Source: an uncultured delta proteobacterium
GTDB lineage: Bacteria; Myxococcota; Kuafuiibacteriia; Kuafuiibacteriales; Kuafuiibacteriaceae
Direction: 5' to 3'
NCBI GenBank assembly: GCA_963803435.1
Contig: CAWDML010000010.1
Location: 64,001-128,000, forward strand
DNA length: 64,000 nucleotides
Position 1 is the first letter of the stretch, and each line of letters opens with the position of its first letter. Of the stretch, positions 9,902 to 22,886 are shown one piece after another. The position numbers were made by a program, and so were the translations under genes. Below the pieces are notes generated by a model. It did not search any database and was not told the DNA's origin. It was given only the letters and a program-made list of their open reading frames with translations.

Positions 9902-10009
9902 CGCGGAACTCTACGCCGCCCGGGGCCGCGGGCGAACCGCTCGAATGAATCCTGGAACCGCCGCACCTACGGGGCCGTTCGACGTGACCGCGGCGAATCC
10001 CGTCGCGTC

Positions 10010-10410
10010 GACCTACCTGCCGGCAGGCCTCCGCGGGTGGGTACGCGATCGTCGAGGGCGCCTACGACACCGAGGCCCTGCGACGCTACTTCCTACAGCG
10101 CTTCGGAGATGCCCGCGAGGCGTGGATCACCGGCGATTCGCTCGGAGCTTCGCTCGCAATGATGCTCGCCGAGACGCACGCGACCTCCTACGATGGCGCG
10201 GGCCCTGGACGAGAACCCCGCGGCCGCGCCGCGTTGCGCGCGCGCTCCGCGGTACGAACCAACGCGGAGCTCTCGAAGCAGCTCGACCTGTTCACGTACA
10301 TCATGGGCGAGGTAACCCGTTCGACAACCGGAGCAGGATCTACACGGGACTCGGCGACGATGAGGCCGTGAACGACGGCGTCAGGCGCTATGTCGCGGAT
10401 CCCCACGCGG
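10010..10410 (+). pseudogene. Degraded alpha/beta-hydrolase fragment
   Basis: DTEALRRYFLQRFG..WITGDSLG (GxSxG elbow), then NPFDNRSRIYTGLGDDEAVNDGVRRYVADP in another frame. Confidence 0.55.
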
Positions 10411-10536
10411 AGTCCGGGCTTCGTTCGTCGAAGTCGGAGAGCGCCTCACGGATCCGATCTTTGGCGAAGCAGGTGCTCGATCACGGTGTGCCCCTCGAGC
10501 CGCTCGTGGCGCGCCAGCTTGCTCAAGTCGACGGGA

Positions 10537-12093
10537 CTACTGCCCGGCCTGCAGCAGCCCATACTCGTAGCTGTCGACGAGGGCGCGCCAGGAGGCCTCC
10601 ACGATGTTTCGCGAGGCGCCGACGGTCGACCAGAGGTCATCGCCGGAGCGGGTGTCGATCAAGACGCGCGTGGTCGCCTTGGTGGCGCTCTCGCCGTCGA
10701 GGATGCGGACCTTGTAGTCGGAGAGCTGGAAGGTCTCGATGAGCGGGTACGCCTCCGAGAGCGCGCGCCTGAGCGCGGAGTCGAGCGCTTCCACCGGGCC
10801 CCGGCCTTCGGCGGCTGTGTGCACGACAGACGCCCCGATCTCGATCTTGACGATCGCCTGCGCCTGCGTGTGGCCGGCGCGGTTCTCGACCACTACGGTG
10901 TGCTCGATGGGACGGAAGGGCGCGGGATAGTCGCTCTCCCTTCGCGCCAGCATCAGCGCGATCGAGGCGTCGGCGGCCTCGAAGCTGAAGCCCTCCGCTT
11001 CGAGCTCCTTGATCTGATCGAGGACGCCGTCGAGCTCCTGGTTCGACCCGATCCCGAGCTCCTCCGCCTTGCTGACCAGGTTGCCGCGACCGGACAGCTC
11101 GCTCACGACCACGCGCATCACGTTGCCGACCGCGGCCGGATCGACGTGCTGATAGGAGCGCTCGTTGCGGCGCATGGCGGCGACGTGGATGCCGCCCTTG
11201 TGGGCGAACGCGCTCCGCCCCACGTAGGCCGCCTGCTCGTCGAGCGCGAGGTTGGCGACCTCCGCGACGAAGCGCGCCAGCTCCGAGAGCTCGGCCAGCG
11301 CCTCCTTTCGGACGCACTGGACGCCCAGCTTCAGCTGGAGATCCGGGATCAGCGCGCACAGGTTGGCGTTGCCACAGCGTTCGCCGTACCCGTTGATCGT
11401 CCCCTGCACCTGCACCGCGCCCGCCCGCACTGCTGCCAGCGAGTTGGCGACCGCGAGCTCGCCGTCGTTGTGGCAGTGGATCCCGAGCGGAGCCGCGAGC
11501 GCCCGCGCGACCTCACGAACGCCGCCCTCCACGTCCCAGGGCATCGAGCCGCCGTTGGTATCGCAGAGCACCAGCACCTCGGCACCGCCGCGCTCGGCCG
11601 CACGCAGGGTCTCGAGCGCGTACACCGGATCGGCTCGGTAACCGTCGAAGAAGTGCTCCGCGTCGAAGATCACGCGCCTTTCGTGGGCGCGCAGGTATGC
11701 GACGCTCTCCTCGATCATTCGCAGGTTCTCGTCGTAGTCGGCGCGCAGAACCTCGCGGACCTGCAGGGTCCAGGACTTGCCGACAAGGCTGGTGACCCTG
11801 GTGCCGACGGCGAGCAGGGCGCGCAGGTTGGGGTCGTCGTCCGGTGCAATCCCGCGCCGGCGCGTGCAGCCGAACGCCACCAGGGTCGCGTGGCTCCAGT
11901 CGGAGTCGCGGGCGCGCTCGAAGAGCTCCGCGTCCTTCGGGTTAGAGCCGGGCCAGCCAGCTTCGATGAAGTCGACCCCGAGCGCGTCGAGTCGCTTCGC
12001 GATCCTGAGCTTGTCGCTCGCGGAGAAGGAGATCCCTTCGGTCTGCGCGCCGTCTCGAAGAGTGGTGTCGAAGATGGATACTCGATCGAGCAT
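10537..12093 (-). CDS. cimA: Citramalate synthase
   Basis: DTTLRDGAQTEGISFS, GWPGSNPKD, FDAEHFFDGY, AFAHKGGIH, C-terminal regulatory domain; true start lies inside the longer ORF call. Confidence 0.9.
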   Translation of the reverse strand: MLDRVSIFDTTLRDGAQTEGISFSASDKLRIAKRLDALGVDFIEAGWPGSNPKDAELFERARDSDWSHATLVAFGCTRRRGIAPDDDPNLRALLAVGTRVTSLVGKSWTLQVREVLRADYDENLRMIEESVAYLRAHERRVIFDAEHFFDGYRADPVYALETLRAAERGGAEVLVLCDTNGGSMPWDVEGGVREVARALAAPLGIHCHNDGELAVANSLAAVRAGAVQVQGTINGYGERCGNANLCALIPDLQLKLGVQCVRKEALAELSELARFVAEVANLALDEQAAYVGRSAFAHKGGIHVAAMRRNERSYQHVDPAAVGNVMRVVVSELSGRGNLVSKAEELGIGSNQELDGVLDQIKELEAEGFSFEAADASIALMLARRESDYPAPFRPIEHTVVVENRAGHTQAQAIVKIEIGASVVHTAAEGRGPVEALDSALRRALSEAYPLIETFQLSDYKVRILDGESATKATTRVLIDTRSGDDLWSTVGASRNIVEASWRALVDSYEYGLLQAGQ

Positions 12094-12095
12094 TC

Positions 12096-13775
12096 TCACC
12101 TCGCGCGCAGCGGCCTTCGGATCATGTCGTGGAGATCCTTTCCGGACGCGACCATCGGATAGACCGTGTCTTCCTTCTCGACGCGGAAGTCGATCACCAC
12201 CGTACCCGCGCTCTCCCGCGCGCGGCGCACCGCAGGCTCGACCCCGGCGCGCTCGTCGACGCGGATCCCTTCCAGGCCGTGCGCGTTCGCCAGGGTCACG
12301 AAGTCCGGGTTCTTCATCGGTGTGGCCGCGTAGCGGCGATCGTAGAAGAACTCCTGCCACTGCCGAACCATGCCGAGGTAGCCGTTGTTGATGATCGCGA
12401 TGTTCAGCTTCAACCCCTCCTGTGCGCAGGTGGAGAGCTCTGCGGCCGTCATCTGAAAGCCGCCGTCTCCCGCGATCACCCAGACCTCCTCGTCCGGCCG
12501 GGCGACCTTCGCGCCGATGGCGGCCGGCAGCGCGAAACCCATGGTTCCGAGACCGCCGGAGGTGATGCAGGTGCGGGGGCGGCGATGGCGATAGTACTGC
12601 GCTGCCCACATCTGGTGCTGGCCGACGTCGGTGCAGACGATGGCGTTCCCGCCGGTGATGCGCCAGAGATCTCCGATCACGTGGGCCGCGTAGAGGTGGC
12701 CGTCGTCTGGGAGTCGCTCGATGTCGCGGACCACGGCGTCGGCCTTGAGCTCGTCGATGTGCGAGAGCCACTCTGTTCGATCCGCCCGCTCGACCATCGG
12801 CAGGAGCTCGCGCACCACCCGGCGCAGATCTCCGATCAGCCCCACGTCGACCTTGACCACCTTTCCGATCTCGGCGGGATCGATGTCGATGTGGATCTTC
12901 TTCGCGTTCGGCGCGTAGGTGGCCAGCTTGCCGGTGACGCGATCGTCGAAGCGCATCCCGAAGCTGATCAGGAGATCCGCCTCCTGGATCGCCTGATTCA
13001 CCCACGCCTCGCCGTGCATGCCCATCATCCCCAGATAGAGCGGGTGTCCACACGGGAAGCCACCCAGCCCCAGCAGCGTGAGCGCGACCGGCATCGCCGT
13101 CTTCTCCGCGAACGCGCAGGTCTCGGCCGCCGCACCGGAGAGGATGACACCATGTCCACACAGCAGCAGCGGACGCCGTGAGCTCCGGACCAGCTCGGCG
13201 GCCCGCGCCAGCGTCTCCTGCGCGATCGGCTCCACCTCCTTGTGCACCCCGGAGCGCCGGAGCGGGGGACCGCTCGCCTCCGCCTGCTGAGCGTCCTTGG
13301 TGATGTCGACCAGCACCGGACCAGGACGTCCGGAGCGCGCCACCGTGAACGCCTCCCGGATCACCGGGGCGATGTCGGCCGGCCGCGTCACGAGATAGTT
13401 GTACTTCGTGAGCGAGAGCGTCACGCCGACCACGTCTGCCTCCTGGAAGGCGTCGGTGCCGAGCGCCGTCGACGGCACCTGGCCGGTGATGCAGACCAGT
13501 GGAATCGAGTCCATCATCGCGGTGCCGAGACCGGTGGCGACGTTGAGTGCGCCGGGGCCGGAGGTGGCGATGCAGACTCCGACTCGGCCGGAAGCGCGCG
13601 CGTAGCCGTCCGCCATGTGCGCGGCACCCTGTTCGTGGCGAACCAGCACGTGGCGGATCGAGGACTCGAGCAGCGCGTCGTACGCAGGAAGGATCGCTCC
13701 ACCTGGGTAACCGAAGACCGTCTCCACGCCCTCTTCGGCCAGCGTCTTCCAGATCACTTGAGCTCCGATCACCAT
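12096..13775 (-). CDS. ilvB: Acetolactate synthase large subunit
   Basis: FGYPGGAILP, RHEQGA, DVGQHQMW, GDGGFQM...NNGYLGMVRQWQ. Confidence 0.95.
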   Translation of the reverse strand: MVIGAQVIWKTLAEEGVETVFGYPGGAILPAYDALLESSIRHVLVRHEQGAAHMADGYARASGRVGVCIATSGPGALNVATGLGTAMMDSIPLVCITGQVPSTALGTDAFQEADVVGVTLSLTKYNYLVTRPADIAPVIREAFTVARSGRPGPVLVDITKDAQQAEASGPPLRRSGVHKEVEPIAQETLARAAELVRSSRRPLLLCGHGVILSGAAAETCAFAEKTAMPVALTLLGLGGFPCGHPLYLGMMGMHGEAWVNQAIQEADLLISFGMRFDDRVTGKLATYAPNAKKIHIDIDPAEIGKVVKVDVGLIGDLRRVVRELLPMVERADRTEWLSHIDELKADAVVRDIERLPDDGHLYAAHVIGDLWRITGGNAIVCTDVGQHQMWAAQYYRHRRPRTCITSGGLGTMGFALPAAIGAKVARPDEEVWVIAGDGGFQMTAAELSTCAQEGLKLNIAIINNGYLGMVRQWQEFFYDRRYAATPMKNPDFVTLANAHGLEGIRVDERAGVEPAVRRARESAGTVVIDFRVEKEDTVYPMVASGKDLHDMIRRPLRAR

Positions 13776-13776
13776 C

Positions 13777-14727
13777 TCACGCCTCCGCGACGGCGAGCGC
13801 TGGGCCGCCGATGAAGTCGAGCCAGCCGTGCCGATCGGGAGTCGTCCCTGCGAAGAGTCCGAAGAATTGCTTCTGCAAGAGCTCGGTGATGGGGCCTCGC
13901 CGACCTTCGCCGACCGAGAGTCCGTCCACCGAGCGGATGGGCGAGATCTCGGCGGCGGTGCCGGTGAAGAAGAGCTCGTCCGCCAGGTAGAGCGCTTCAC
14001 GAGGGATTGGCTCCTCACGCACATCCAGGCCCAGCTCGCGGGCCAGCACAATGACGCTGTCGCGGGTCAGCCCGGGGAGGATGCTGCTCCACAGCGGTGG
14101 CGTGATGAGGCGACCATCCTTGATGACGAAGATGTTCTCCCCTGAGCCTTCGGACACGTACCCGCTCTGATCGAGGGAGATGCCCTCCGTATATCCATGG
14201 CGCACGGCCTCGGAGCCGATGAGTTGGGCGGATAGATAGTTTCCGCCCGCCTTCGCCATCGTCGGGAAGGTGTTGGGCGCGGCCCGCTGCCAGGAGGAGA
14301 CGCAAGCGTCCACGCCGGTGCCCAGCGCGTCCTCTCCCAGATAGGCGCCCCATTCGAACGCCGCGATGGCGACATGGACCGGCCCTTTGCTGCCGGTCAG
14401 GCTGAGGTCGCCGACCCCACGGAAGGCGATCGGGCGCACGTACGCGGACGACAGACCGTTGCGGCGGACCACTTCGCGACAGGCCTGATCGATCTCGTCG
14501 ATCGAGTGCGCGATCGCCAGCCGATGGATCCTGGCCGATCCGAAGAGCCGCTTGGTGTGGTCGCGCAGCCTGAAGATGGCGGCGCCGCGCCCGGTGGCGT
14601 ACGCTCGCATCCCTTCGAAGACCGAGGAGCCGTAGTGGAGCGCGTGGGTCATCACGTGCACGTTGGCTTGGTCCCATGGCACCAGGTGGCCGTCGAACCA
14701 GATCAGTTTGCTTGGTTTCATCCCCAT
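13777..14727 (-). CDS. ilvE: Branched-chain amino acid aminotransferase
   Basis: HALHYGSSVFEG, AKAGGNY, EGSGENIF, FFTGTAAE. Confidence 0.95.
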   Translation of the reverse strand: MGMKPSKLIWFDGHLVPWDQANVHVMTHALHYGSSVFEGMRAYATGRGAAIFRLRDHTKRLFGSARIHRLAIAHSIDEIDQACREVVRRNGLSSAYVRPIAFRGVGDLSLTGSKGPVHVAIAAFEWGAYLGEDALGTGVDACVSSWQRAAPNTFPTMAKAGGNYLSAQLIGSEAVRHGYTEGISLDQSGYVSEGSGENIFVIKDGRLITPPLWSSILPGLTRDSVIVLARELGLDVREEPIPREALYLADELFFTGTAAEISPIRSVDGLSVGEGRRGPITELLQKQFFGLFAGTTPDRHGWLDFIGGPALAVAEA

Positions 14728-15788
14728 GATTGAGCTCCGAGTCCCCGGCCGATGATGGCGTCGGTCATCTCTTCAGTAGAATGTGCACCGCCGAGGTCCT
14801 GCGTGCGTGCGCCGCCCTCGAGCGCCTCCTCGACCGCACGCTCGACGCGGCGGGCGAGGTCCGGTCGATCGAGCGAGTGGCGCAGCATCATCGCGGTGCT
14901 CAGGATCGTGCCGACGGGGTTGGCCAGGCCGGTCCCGGCCAGGTCCGGCGCCGAGCCGTGGATCGGCTCGTACAGCCCGAGGCGGCCCTCCCCCAGGGAT
15001 GCGCTCGGCAGGAGCCCGAGCGAGCCCGCCAGCACCGCGGCTTCGTCGCTCAAGATGTCTCCGAACATGTTGCTGGTGAGCAGCACGTCGAACGTATTCG
15101 CGTGGGTGATCAGCCGCATGGCGGTGGAGTCGACCAGTTGGTGAGAGAGGGCGATCGCCGGGTGCCCCGCGTGTACGCTCGTGACCACGTCTCTCCAGAG
15201 CCGGGAGGTCTCGAGCACGTTCGCCTTGTCGACGCTGGTGACCGACTTCCTGCGGGCAGCGGCGAGCCGGAACGCGAGCTCAGCGACGCGGCGAACCTCG
15301 AACGCTCGGTAGTCGGCGGTGTCGATCGCGCGCTCCTCTCCGTTCTCGAGCCGGCGCCAGCGCGGCTGGCCGAAGTAGAGGTCGCCGGTGAGCTCGCGGA
15401 GGATGAGGATGTCCACGCCGGCGAGGTATGACTCCTTCAGGGGCGACGCTCGCTTGGCTACCGAGAGCAGCGGCTTCACCGGGCGGAGGTTCGCAAACAG
15501 TCCCAGGCCCCTGCGCAGCCCGAGAAGGCCCGCCTCGGGTCGCACCTCGGCCCGGTCCCAGCGCGGTCCACCGACTGCACCGAGCAGCACCGCGTCGGCC
15601 GACTTGCAGGCAGCCAGCGTCTGCTCCGGGAGCGGCGTGCCCAGGGAGTCGATTGCGACGCCTCCGATCGGATGGGTCTCGAAGACGAGATTGAGCTCAT
15701 CGAGCGACCGGAGCACGCGCACCGCGGCAGCGACGACCTCGGGGCCGATACCGTCGCCGGGGAGGAGGACGATCCGCCGTTCAACCAC
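14718..15788 (-). CDS. leuB: 3-isopropylmalate dehydrogenase
   Basis: LPGDGIGPEV, VDKANVLE, NMFGDILSDEA, EPIHGSAPD. Confidence 0.95.
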   Translation of the reverse strand: MVERRIVLLPGDGIGPEVVAAAVRVLRSLDELNLVFETHPIGGVAIDSLGTPLPEQTLAACKSADAVLLGAVGGPRWDRAEVRPEAGLLGLRRGLGLFANLRPVKPLLSVAKRASPLKESYLAGVDILILRELTGDLYFGQPRWRRLENGEERAIDTADYRAFEVRRVAELAFRLAAARRKSVTSVDKANVLETSRLWRDVVTSVHAGHPAIALSHQLVDSTAMRLITHANTFDVLLTSNMFGDILSDEAAVLAGSLGLLPSASLGEGRLGLYEPIHGSAPDLAGTGLANPVGTILSTAMMLRHSLDRPDLARRVERAVEEALEGGARTQDLGGAHSTEEMTDAIIGRGLGAQSWG

Positions 15789-16347
15789 GGTGCGCCTCGA
15801 AGCTCGCGATCTCGGACGCGAGCTGGAGCAAGTACTCGAGCTGGTCGACCCCATCGAGCAAGCAGTCGCGGGCGAAGGGATCGATCGCGAACGGGACGGC
15901 GTCTCCTCCCGGGAGATGGATCACGGAGTCGTCCAGGTCCACCGCCAGCTCCGCGTCCGGGGTCTCTCGGACCAGCTCGACGATGCGCCGGTAATCCGGG
16001 GTCGCTGGGGTCACCGGGAGCAGCCCGTTCTTCAGCGCGTTGTTCCTGAAGATGTCGGCGAACGAGGCCGCGATGATCACGCGGAAGCCCTTCGCCAGCA
16101 GCGCCCAAGGGGCATGCTCCCGTGAAGAGCCGCAGCCGAAGTTCTGCCCGGCGAGGAGGATCTCGGCGCCGGCGTGCTCCGGGCGATCGAGAACGAAGCC
16201 GGGATCTTTCCTCCACTCGGCGAAGAGGTGCTCCCCGAGGCCCGACCGTTCGATCGTCTTCAGGAAGCGCGCCGGAATGATCTGATCGGTGTCGACATGA
16301 TCCAAGAGCAGAGGAGCGACCCTCGAGCGACAGCGTACGAACCTCAT
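15781..16347 (-). CDS. leuD: 3-isopropylmalate dehydratase small subunit
   Basis: [22 protein letters not shown]. Confidence 0.95.
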   Translation of the reverse strand: MRFVRCRSRVAPLLLDHVDTDQIIPARFLKTIERSGLGEHLFAEWRKDPGFVLDRPEHAGAEILLAGQNFGCGSSREHAPWALLAKGFRVIIAASFADIFRNNALKNGLLPVTPATPDYRRIVELVRETPDAELAVDLDDSVIHLPGGDAVPFAIDPFARDCLLDGVDQLEYLLQLASEIASFEAHRG

Positions 16348-17750
16348 GCTGCACCTCCCATCAGCCGGCGCGGATCCGTGATGCGACCGGAGATCGCGCT
16401 GGCAGCTGCGGTCGCCGGTGAGGCGAGGAAGGTGCGGCCGCCCGCGCCCTGCCGTCCCTCGAAGTTACGGTTGCTGGTGCTGACTGCGTACTGACCCGGC
16501 CGCAGTCGATCCTCGTTCATGGCGATGCACATGGAACAGCCGGGCGATCTCCACTCCGCACCGGCTTCGAGGAAGATCCGATCGAGCCCCTCCGCCTCCG
16601 CGTCCGCCTTCACGCGCGCCGACCCGGGTACCACCAGCATCCGGACCCCGCGCGCGACCCGCTTCCCACGGAGGACCCCGGCCGCGCTACGGAGGTCCGA
16701 CAGGCGCGCGTTGGTGCACGAGCCCAGGAACACGACGTCCACCGGTTGTCCTTCGATGGGCTGACCCGGCGACAGATTCATGTAACGAAGCGCGCGCGTC
16801 ACCCGCTCGGCGTCGGCCGCCTCCTCCGGGTGCGGCACGCGCCCGTCGATCGGGATCGCCATCCCTGGATGCGTGCCGTACGTGACCATCGGCGCCACTT
16901 CGCTCGCGTCGATCCGGATCGTGCGCGAGTAGGTGGCGCCGGCATCGGTGGGCAGCATCCGCCAGCGGTCCACCGCGGCGTCGAAGGCGGTGCCTTTGGG
17001 CCCCAACGGGGTGCGCGCGAGGTACTGGAAGGTGGTGTCGTCCGGAGCGATCATGCCGGCTCGGGCCCCGGCCTCGATCGACATGTTGCACACGGTCATC
17101 CTCGCCTCCATGTCGAGACTCTGGATCGCCTCGCCGGTGTACTCGAACACGCAGCCGGTGCCGCCGTCGGTGCCGATCCGTGCGATCATGGCGAGCACCA
17201 GGTCCTTCGCGCCCACCCCGGGGCGGAGCCGACCCTCAAAGCGCACCTCGACCGGGTCCGGCTTGTCTTGCAGAAGACACTGGGTGGCGAACACGTGCTC
17301 GACCTCGCTGGTGCCGATGCCGAAGGCGAGCGCGCCGAACGCTCCGTGCGTGGAGGTGTGGCTGTCCCCGCAGACGATCGTCGAGCCGGGCAGTGTCCGC
17401 CCCAGCTCCGGCCCGACCACGTGCACGATGCCGTTGTCCGCCGACCCGAGATCGAAGAGCTCGATCTGATTCGCGCGGCAGCTCTCACGCAGCGCCAGGA
17501 GCTGCTGTCGCGCCTCGCCGTCGAGCACGTTGAGGCGCCTTGGATCGGTCGGCGTCGAGTGATCCATGGTCGCCAGGGTCCGCTCGGGCCGGCGCACCGC
17601 CAACGACCTCTTGCGGAGACGAGCGAACGCCTGTGGCGAGGTCACCTCATGGACCAGATGCAGATCGACGTAGAGCACCCAGGGATGCCCGGGTCGATGA
17701 GCGACCACGTGCGAATCCCAGATCTTTTCGAACATCGTACGCGGGCTCAC
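16344..17750 (-). CDS. leuC: 3-isopropylmalate dehydratase large subunit
   Basis: [37 protein letters not shown]. Confidence 0.95.
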   Translation of the reverse strand: MSPRTMFEKIWDSHVVAHRPGHPWVLYVDLHLVHEVTSPQAFARLRKRSLAVRRPERTLATMDHSTPTDPRRLNVLDGEARQQLLALRESCRANQIELFDLGSADNGIVHVVGPELGRTLPGSTIVCGDSHTSTHGAFGALAFGIGTSEVEHVFATQCLLQDKPDPVEVRFEGRLRPGVGAKDLVLAMIARIGTDGGTGCVFEYTGEAIQSLDMEARMTVCNMSIEAGARAGMIAPDDTTFQYLARTPLGPKGTAFDAAVDRWRMLPTDAGATYSRTIRIDASEVAPMVTYGTHPGMAIPIDGRVPHPEEAADAERVTRALRYMNLSPGQPIEGQPVDVVFLGSCTNARLSDLRSAAGVLRGKRVARGVRMLVVPGSARVKADAEAEGLDRIFLEAGAEWRSPGCSMCIAMNEDRLRPGQYAVSTSNRNFEGRQGAGGRTFLASPATAAASAISGRITDPRRLMGGAA

Positions 17751-19309
17751 GAATGACCTCCGATCGCGCGAGCCTCCAGCGCGGCGCTTGGCTGGAGGCT
17801 CTTGTTCTGCGCGGCCAGATAGGCGCGCGCGCTGGCGATGATCACGTCCTGGTCGGCGCCGAAGCCGCGCAAGGTGCGGCCGTCGCGAGCCGTCAGGTGG
17901 ACGATCGCTTCACCGAGGGGGTCTGCACCTTCGTTGGTGGCACGAAGCTGGTACTGCATCAGCGCGCAGCCGGTCTGCATGATCCCGTCGATGGCGTTGA
18001 ACACGGCGTCGACGGGCCCGCTGCCGACCGCCGCCAGCGTATGCGGGCGCTGCTCCCGGTCCGCCAGCGTCAGCGTCGCTGTCGAGACGCCGTCGGTGCC
18101 GCAGCTCACCCGCAGCTGCCGCAACAGATAGAGATCCTGCGTCTGCTCCACCTCGTGGCGCACCAGCGTCAGCAGATCCGCGTTGGTGATGGTCTTTCTC
18201 TGATCGGCGAGGGCCTTGAAGCGGGCGAACGCATGATCGAGCGCTTTCCCCTCCAGCTCGAAGTCCAGCTCTTTGAGCCACGCCTGGAGCGCGGCCCGGC
18301 CGGAGTGCTTGCCGATCACCAGCTCGCTGCGCGGCGCCCCCACGGCCTCGGGGCGCATGATCTCGTAGGTCTCGGCCGACTTGAGCATGCCGTCCTGATG
18401 GATCCCGGCCTCGTGGGCGAACGCGTTCCGGCCCACGATCGCCTTGTTCGGCTGCACCTCGAGCCCGGTCACCTCGCTCACCAGGCGGCTGATGGAGAAG
18501 ATCTCCCGCGTGTCGATCCCGTGGCGAAGCCCGTAGAGATCGGGCCGGGTCTCCAGCGCCATCACCACCTCCTCGAGCGCGGTGTTGCCGGCGCGCTCCC
18601 CGACCCCGTTGATGGTCACCTCCACCTGTCGCGCTCCCGCGAGCAGGCCCGCAAGCGAGTTCGCGGTCGCCAGCCCGAGGTCGTCGTGACAGTGCACCGA
18701 CAGCACCACCTCGTCGGCTCGAGGTACGCATCTTCGGATGCCATCGATCAGCGCTCCGAACTCGGCGGGCTGGGTGTAGCCGACGGTGTCGGGTATGTTG
18801 ATGGTGCATGCGCCCGCCTGGATGGCGGCGCTGATCGCTCGATACAGAAACTCCGGCTCGGTGCGGCCCGCGTCCTCGGGGCTGAACTCGACGTCCTCGC
18901 AGAGCGAGCAGGCGTAGGTCACCATCTCGCGGATACGCCCGAGGATCTCCTCGCAGCTCATGCAGAGCTTCCGCTCGCGATGGATCGGCGAGGTCGCGAT
19001 GAACGTATGGATGCGCGGTCGCGTCGCTGGCGCCAGCGCGCTCCGTGCCTGATCGATGTCGGAGACGGTCGTCCGCGCGAGCGCACAGATGATCGGTGCG
19101 TCCGCTCCAGCGCCGACCGCTCCGGCGATCCGCAGCACCGCCTCGTGGTCGTCGGGTGAAGCGGCCGGGAAGCCGGCCTCGATCACGTCGGCGCCCAGCC
19201 TGGCCAGCGCGTGCGCGACGCGCAGCTTCTCTGCGCATCGCATGGTGGCCCCAGGCGATTGCTCGCCGTCCCGCAGCGTGGTGTCGAAGATTCGAACGTA
19301 GTCGTTCAT
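17747..19309 (-). CDS. leuA: 2-isopropylmalate synthase
   Basis: [34 protein letters not shown]. Confidence 0.95.
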   Translation of the reverse strand: MNDYVRIFDTTLRDGEQSPGATMRCAEKLRVAHALARLGADVIEAGFPAASPDDHEAVLRIAGAVGAGADAPIICALARTTVSDIDQARSALAPATRPRIHTFIATSPIHRERKLCMSCEEILGRIREMVTYACSLCEDVEFSPEDAGRTEPEFLYRAISAAIQAGACTINIPDTVGYTQPAEFGALIDGIRRCVPRADEVVLSVHCHDDLGLATANSLAGLLAGARQVEVTINGVGERAGNTALEEVVMALETRPDLYGLRHGIDTREIFSISRLVSEVTGLEVQPNKAIVGRNAFAHEAGIHQDGMLKSAETYEIMRPEAVGAPRSELVIGKHSGRAALQAWLKELDFELEGKALDHAFARFKALADQRKTITNADLLTLVRHEVEQTQDLYLLRQLRVSCGTDGVSTATLTLADREQRPHTLAAVGSGPVDAVFNAIDGIMQTGCALMQYQLRATNEGADPLGEAIVHLTARDGRTLRGFGADQDVIIASARAYLAAQNKSLQPSAALEARAIGGHS

Positions 19310-19315
19310 CTCGGA

Positions 19316-20329
19316 TCACTCCCCCGGCTTGACGTCGATGGGATCGACGAACGGCATCATGGCGCGGAGCCGCGCGCCGACGCGCTCGAGCTGGAGCTCT
19401 CCCTCCAGCTGGCGACGCGCCTCGAAGCGACCGCAGCCCGAGCGGCTCTCCTCGATCCAGCGGGCAGCGAAGGTCCCATCCTGGATCTCGTCCAGGATCC
19501 TCTTCATGGCCGCGCGGGAGGAGTTACCGATGACCTTTTGGCCTGACTCGTAATCACCGTACTCGGCCGTGTCGCTGACGGAGTAACGCATGTAACGAAG
19601 CCCGCCGCGGTACATCAGATCGACGATGAGCTTCAGCTCGTGGAGGCACTCGAAATAGGCCACCTCAGGCTGGTAACCGGCGTTGACCAGCGTCTCGAAG
19701 CCGGCCTTGACCAGCTCGCTCACGCCGCCGCACAGCACGGCTTGCTCGCCGAACAGGTCCGTCTCCGTCTCCTCGGCGAAGGTGGTGGTGATGACACCGG
19801 CGCGGGTTGCGCCGAGCGCCCAGGCGTACGAGAGCGCGAGCGCGTCCGCTCCACCGCTCGCGTCCTGATGAACCGCGAGCAGCGCCGGCACGCCCTCGTC
19901 GTGCTGATAGGTCTCGCGGACGCGGTGGCCTGGGCCCTTGGGTGCGATCATGCTGACATCGACCTGCGCGGGCGCTTCGATGGTCCGGTAGCGCACGTTG
20001 AAGCCATGGCCGAACATGAGCGTCTTGCCGGGGCTGAGCACCGGTAGGATCGACTCGCGATGGATCGCCGGCTGAGCCGTGTCGGGCGCCAGCAGCATCA
20101 CGACATCGGCCCACTCGGCGGCGTCCTTCACCGACGTCACCTCGAGGCCGGCCTGCTCCGCCTTCCCTCTGCTCTTGCTCCCTTCGTGCAGGCCAACGCG
20201 AACCTTCACCCCGCTGTCGCGAAGGTTGAGGGCGTGCGCGTGCCCTTGGGATCCAAAGCCGATCACCGCGACTCGCTTGCTCGCGATCAGGCTCGGGTCT
20301 GCGTCTCGTTCGTACCTAACTTGAACCAT
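19316..20329 (-). CDS. ilvC: Ketol-acid reductoisomerase
   Basis: [31 protein letters not shown]; GGAG ribosome-binding site before ATG 20329. Confidence 0.95.
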   Translation of the reverse strand: MVQVRYERDADPSLIASKRVAVIGFGSQGHAHALNLRDSGVKVRVGLHEGSKSRGKAEQAGLEVTSVKDAAEWADVVMLLAPDTAQPAIHRESILPVLSPGKTLMFGHGFNVRYRTIEAPAQVDVSMIAPKGPGHRVRETYQHDEGVPALLAVHQDASGGADALALSYAWALGATRAGVITTTFAEETETDLFGEQAVLCGGVSELVKAGFETLVNAGYQPEVAYFECLHELKLIVDLMYRGGLRYMRYSVSDTAEYGDYESGQKVIGNSSRAAMKRILDEIQDGTFAARWIEESRSGCGRFEARRQLEGELQLERVGARLRAMMPFVDPIDVKPGE

Positions 20330-20340
20330 CTCTGTTCTCC

Positions 20341-20847
20341 TCATGCTGCCTTGGTCGCTTGGCGCTCATCGCAGGTCATTGCGACGGCGCCGCACTGGAC
20401 CATCCCGCGCACCCCGTACGAGCTGAGCTCGGTGAAGAGCTGCGAGAGCGAATCCGGCGAGCCGGTCGCCTCGACGATCACCGTGTTCGGGCCGGCGTCG
20501 AGCACGCGCGCGTTGTAGCGCTCGCAGACCCGGAAGATCTGGCGCCGGGTCTCCGGCCCGACGTCGACCTTGAGCAGCGCCAGATCGCGAAGAAACGCCG
20601 GCTCGTCGGTCACGTCTTTGGCAGAGAAGACGCAGATCAGCTTCTCGAGCAGCGCCAGGAGGCGCTGCGCAGTGGATTCGTCGGCCTCCATCACCAGCGT
20701 CATCTGGGAGATGCCCGGCTCGTGGGTGCGGCCGACGTTGAGCGACACGATGTTGAACGCGCGCCTTCGAAATAGGGCGACCACGCGGTTGAGCACGCCG
20801 GGGCTGTCCTCGAGCGTGGCCACGAAGGTTCTCATCTTGAGGGTCAT
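20341..20847 (-). CDS. ilvN: Acetolactate synthase small (ACT) subunit
   Basis: [26 protein letters not shown]. Confidence 0.9.
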   Translation of the reverse strand: MTLKMRTFVATLEDSPGVLNRVVALFRRRAFNIVSLNVGRTHEPGISQMTLVMEADESTAQRLLALLEKLICVFSAKDVTDEPAFLRDLALLKVDVGPETRRQIFRVCERYNARVLDAGPNTVIVEATGSPDSLSQLFTELSSYGVRGMVQCGAVAMTCDERQATKAA

Positions 20848-20861
20848 CTGTTGTTCCTTCT

Positions 20862-22538
<1,677 letters not shown>

Positions 22539-22556
22539 GAGTACGACCACGAAACT

Positions 22557-22596
22557 AAAAAAAAGGCCCCGCATCCGAATCTCCGGGTGCGGGGCC
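22557..22596 (-). terminator. Attenuator intrinsic terminator upstream of ilvD
   Basis: Minus strand GGCCCCGCACCCG-gagatt-CGGATGCGGGGCC followed by T8. Confidence 0.9.
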
Positions 22597-22618
22597 GTTT
22601 GGTGGCGACTTTCGTCGG

Positions 22619-22696
22619 CTAGGGCGGCCCGCACCCGCGAATGAGGATGGTAATGATAAGGAGGGCGAGCGGCCGGCTGCTGTACGACGTCATCAT
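22619..22696 (-). CDS. ilv/leu operon leader (attenuator) peptide, 25 aa
   Basis: [25 protein letters not shown]; its 3' end is complementary to the 5' arm of the terminator. Confidence 0.85.
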   Translation of the reverse strand: MMTSYSSRPLALLIITILIRGCGPP

Positions 22697-22706
22697 CGGC
22701 GACGCG

Positions 22707-22737
22707 AATTTAGGCGACTGAAGACGCATCGTGTCAA
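22707..22737 (-). promoter_or_regulatory. Putative sigma70 promoter of the ilv/leu leader
   Basis: TTGACA (22737-22732), 19-nt spacer, TAAATT (22712-22707); the spacer is longer than optimal. Confidence 0.5.
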
Positions 22738-22758
22738 GAGGGGTGAGTAAGATTTATT

Positions 22759-22780
22759 TTCACAAACCTACGTTTGTGAA
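22759..22780. promoter_or_regulatory. Perfect inverted repeat, putative operator or enhancer
   Basis: TTCACAAAC-ctac-GTTTGTGAA in an AT-rich patch between divergent operons. Confidence 0.6.
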
Positions 22781-22886
22781 GAATCGATCGCGGCCTCCGC
22801 GCGCTCGACTCGACACTTCGGTAGGTCGTCTCTCTCCTTCCCGACGCGAGCGTTGGTGAAGCGTGGGCTGCGGCCGCGGACACGCG

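Noticed and set aside
10537-13161. 874-aa ORF suggesting an N-terminally extended CimA
   Set aside because: The extension is an alternative frame overlapping ilvB; the real start is ATG 12093
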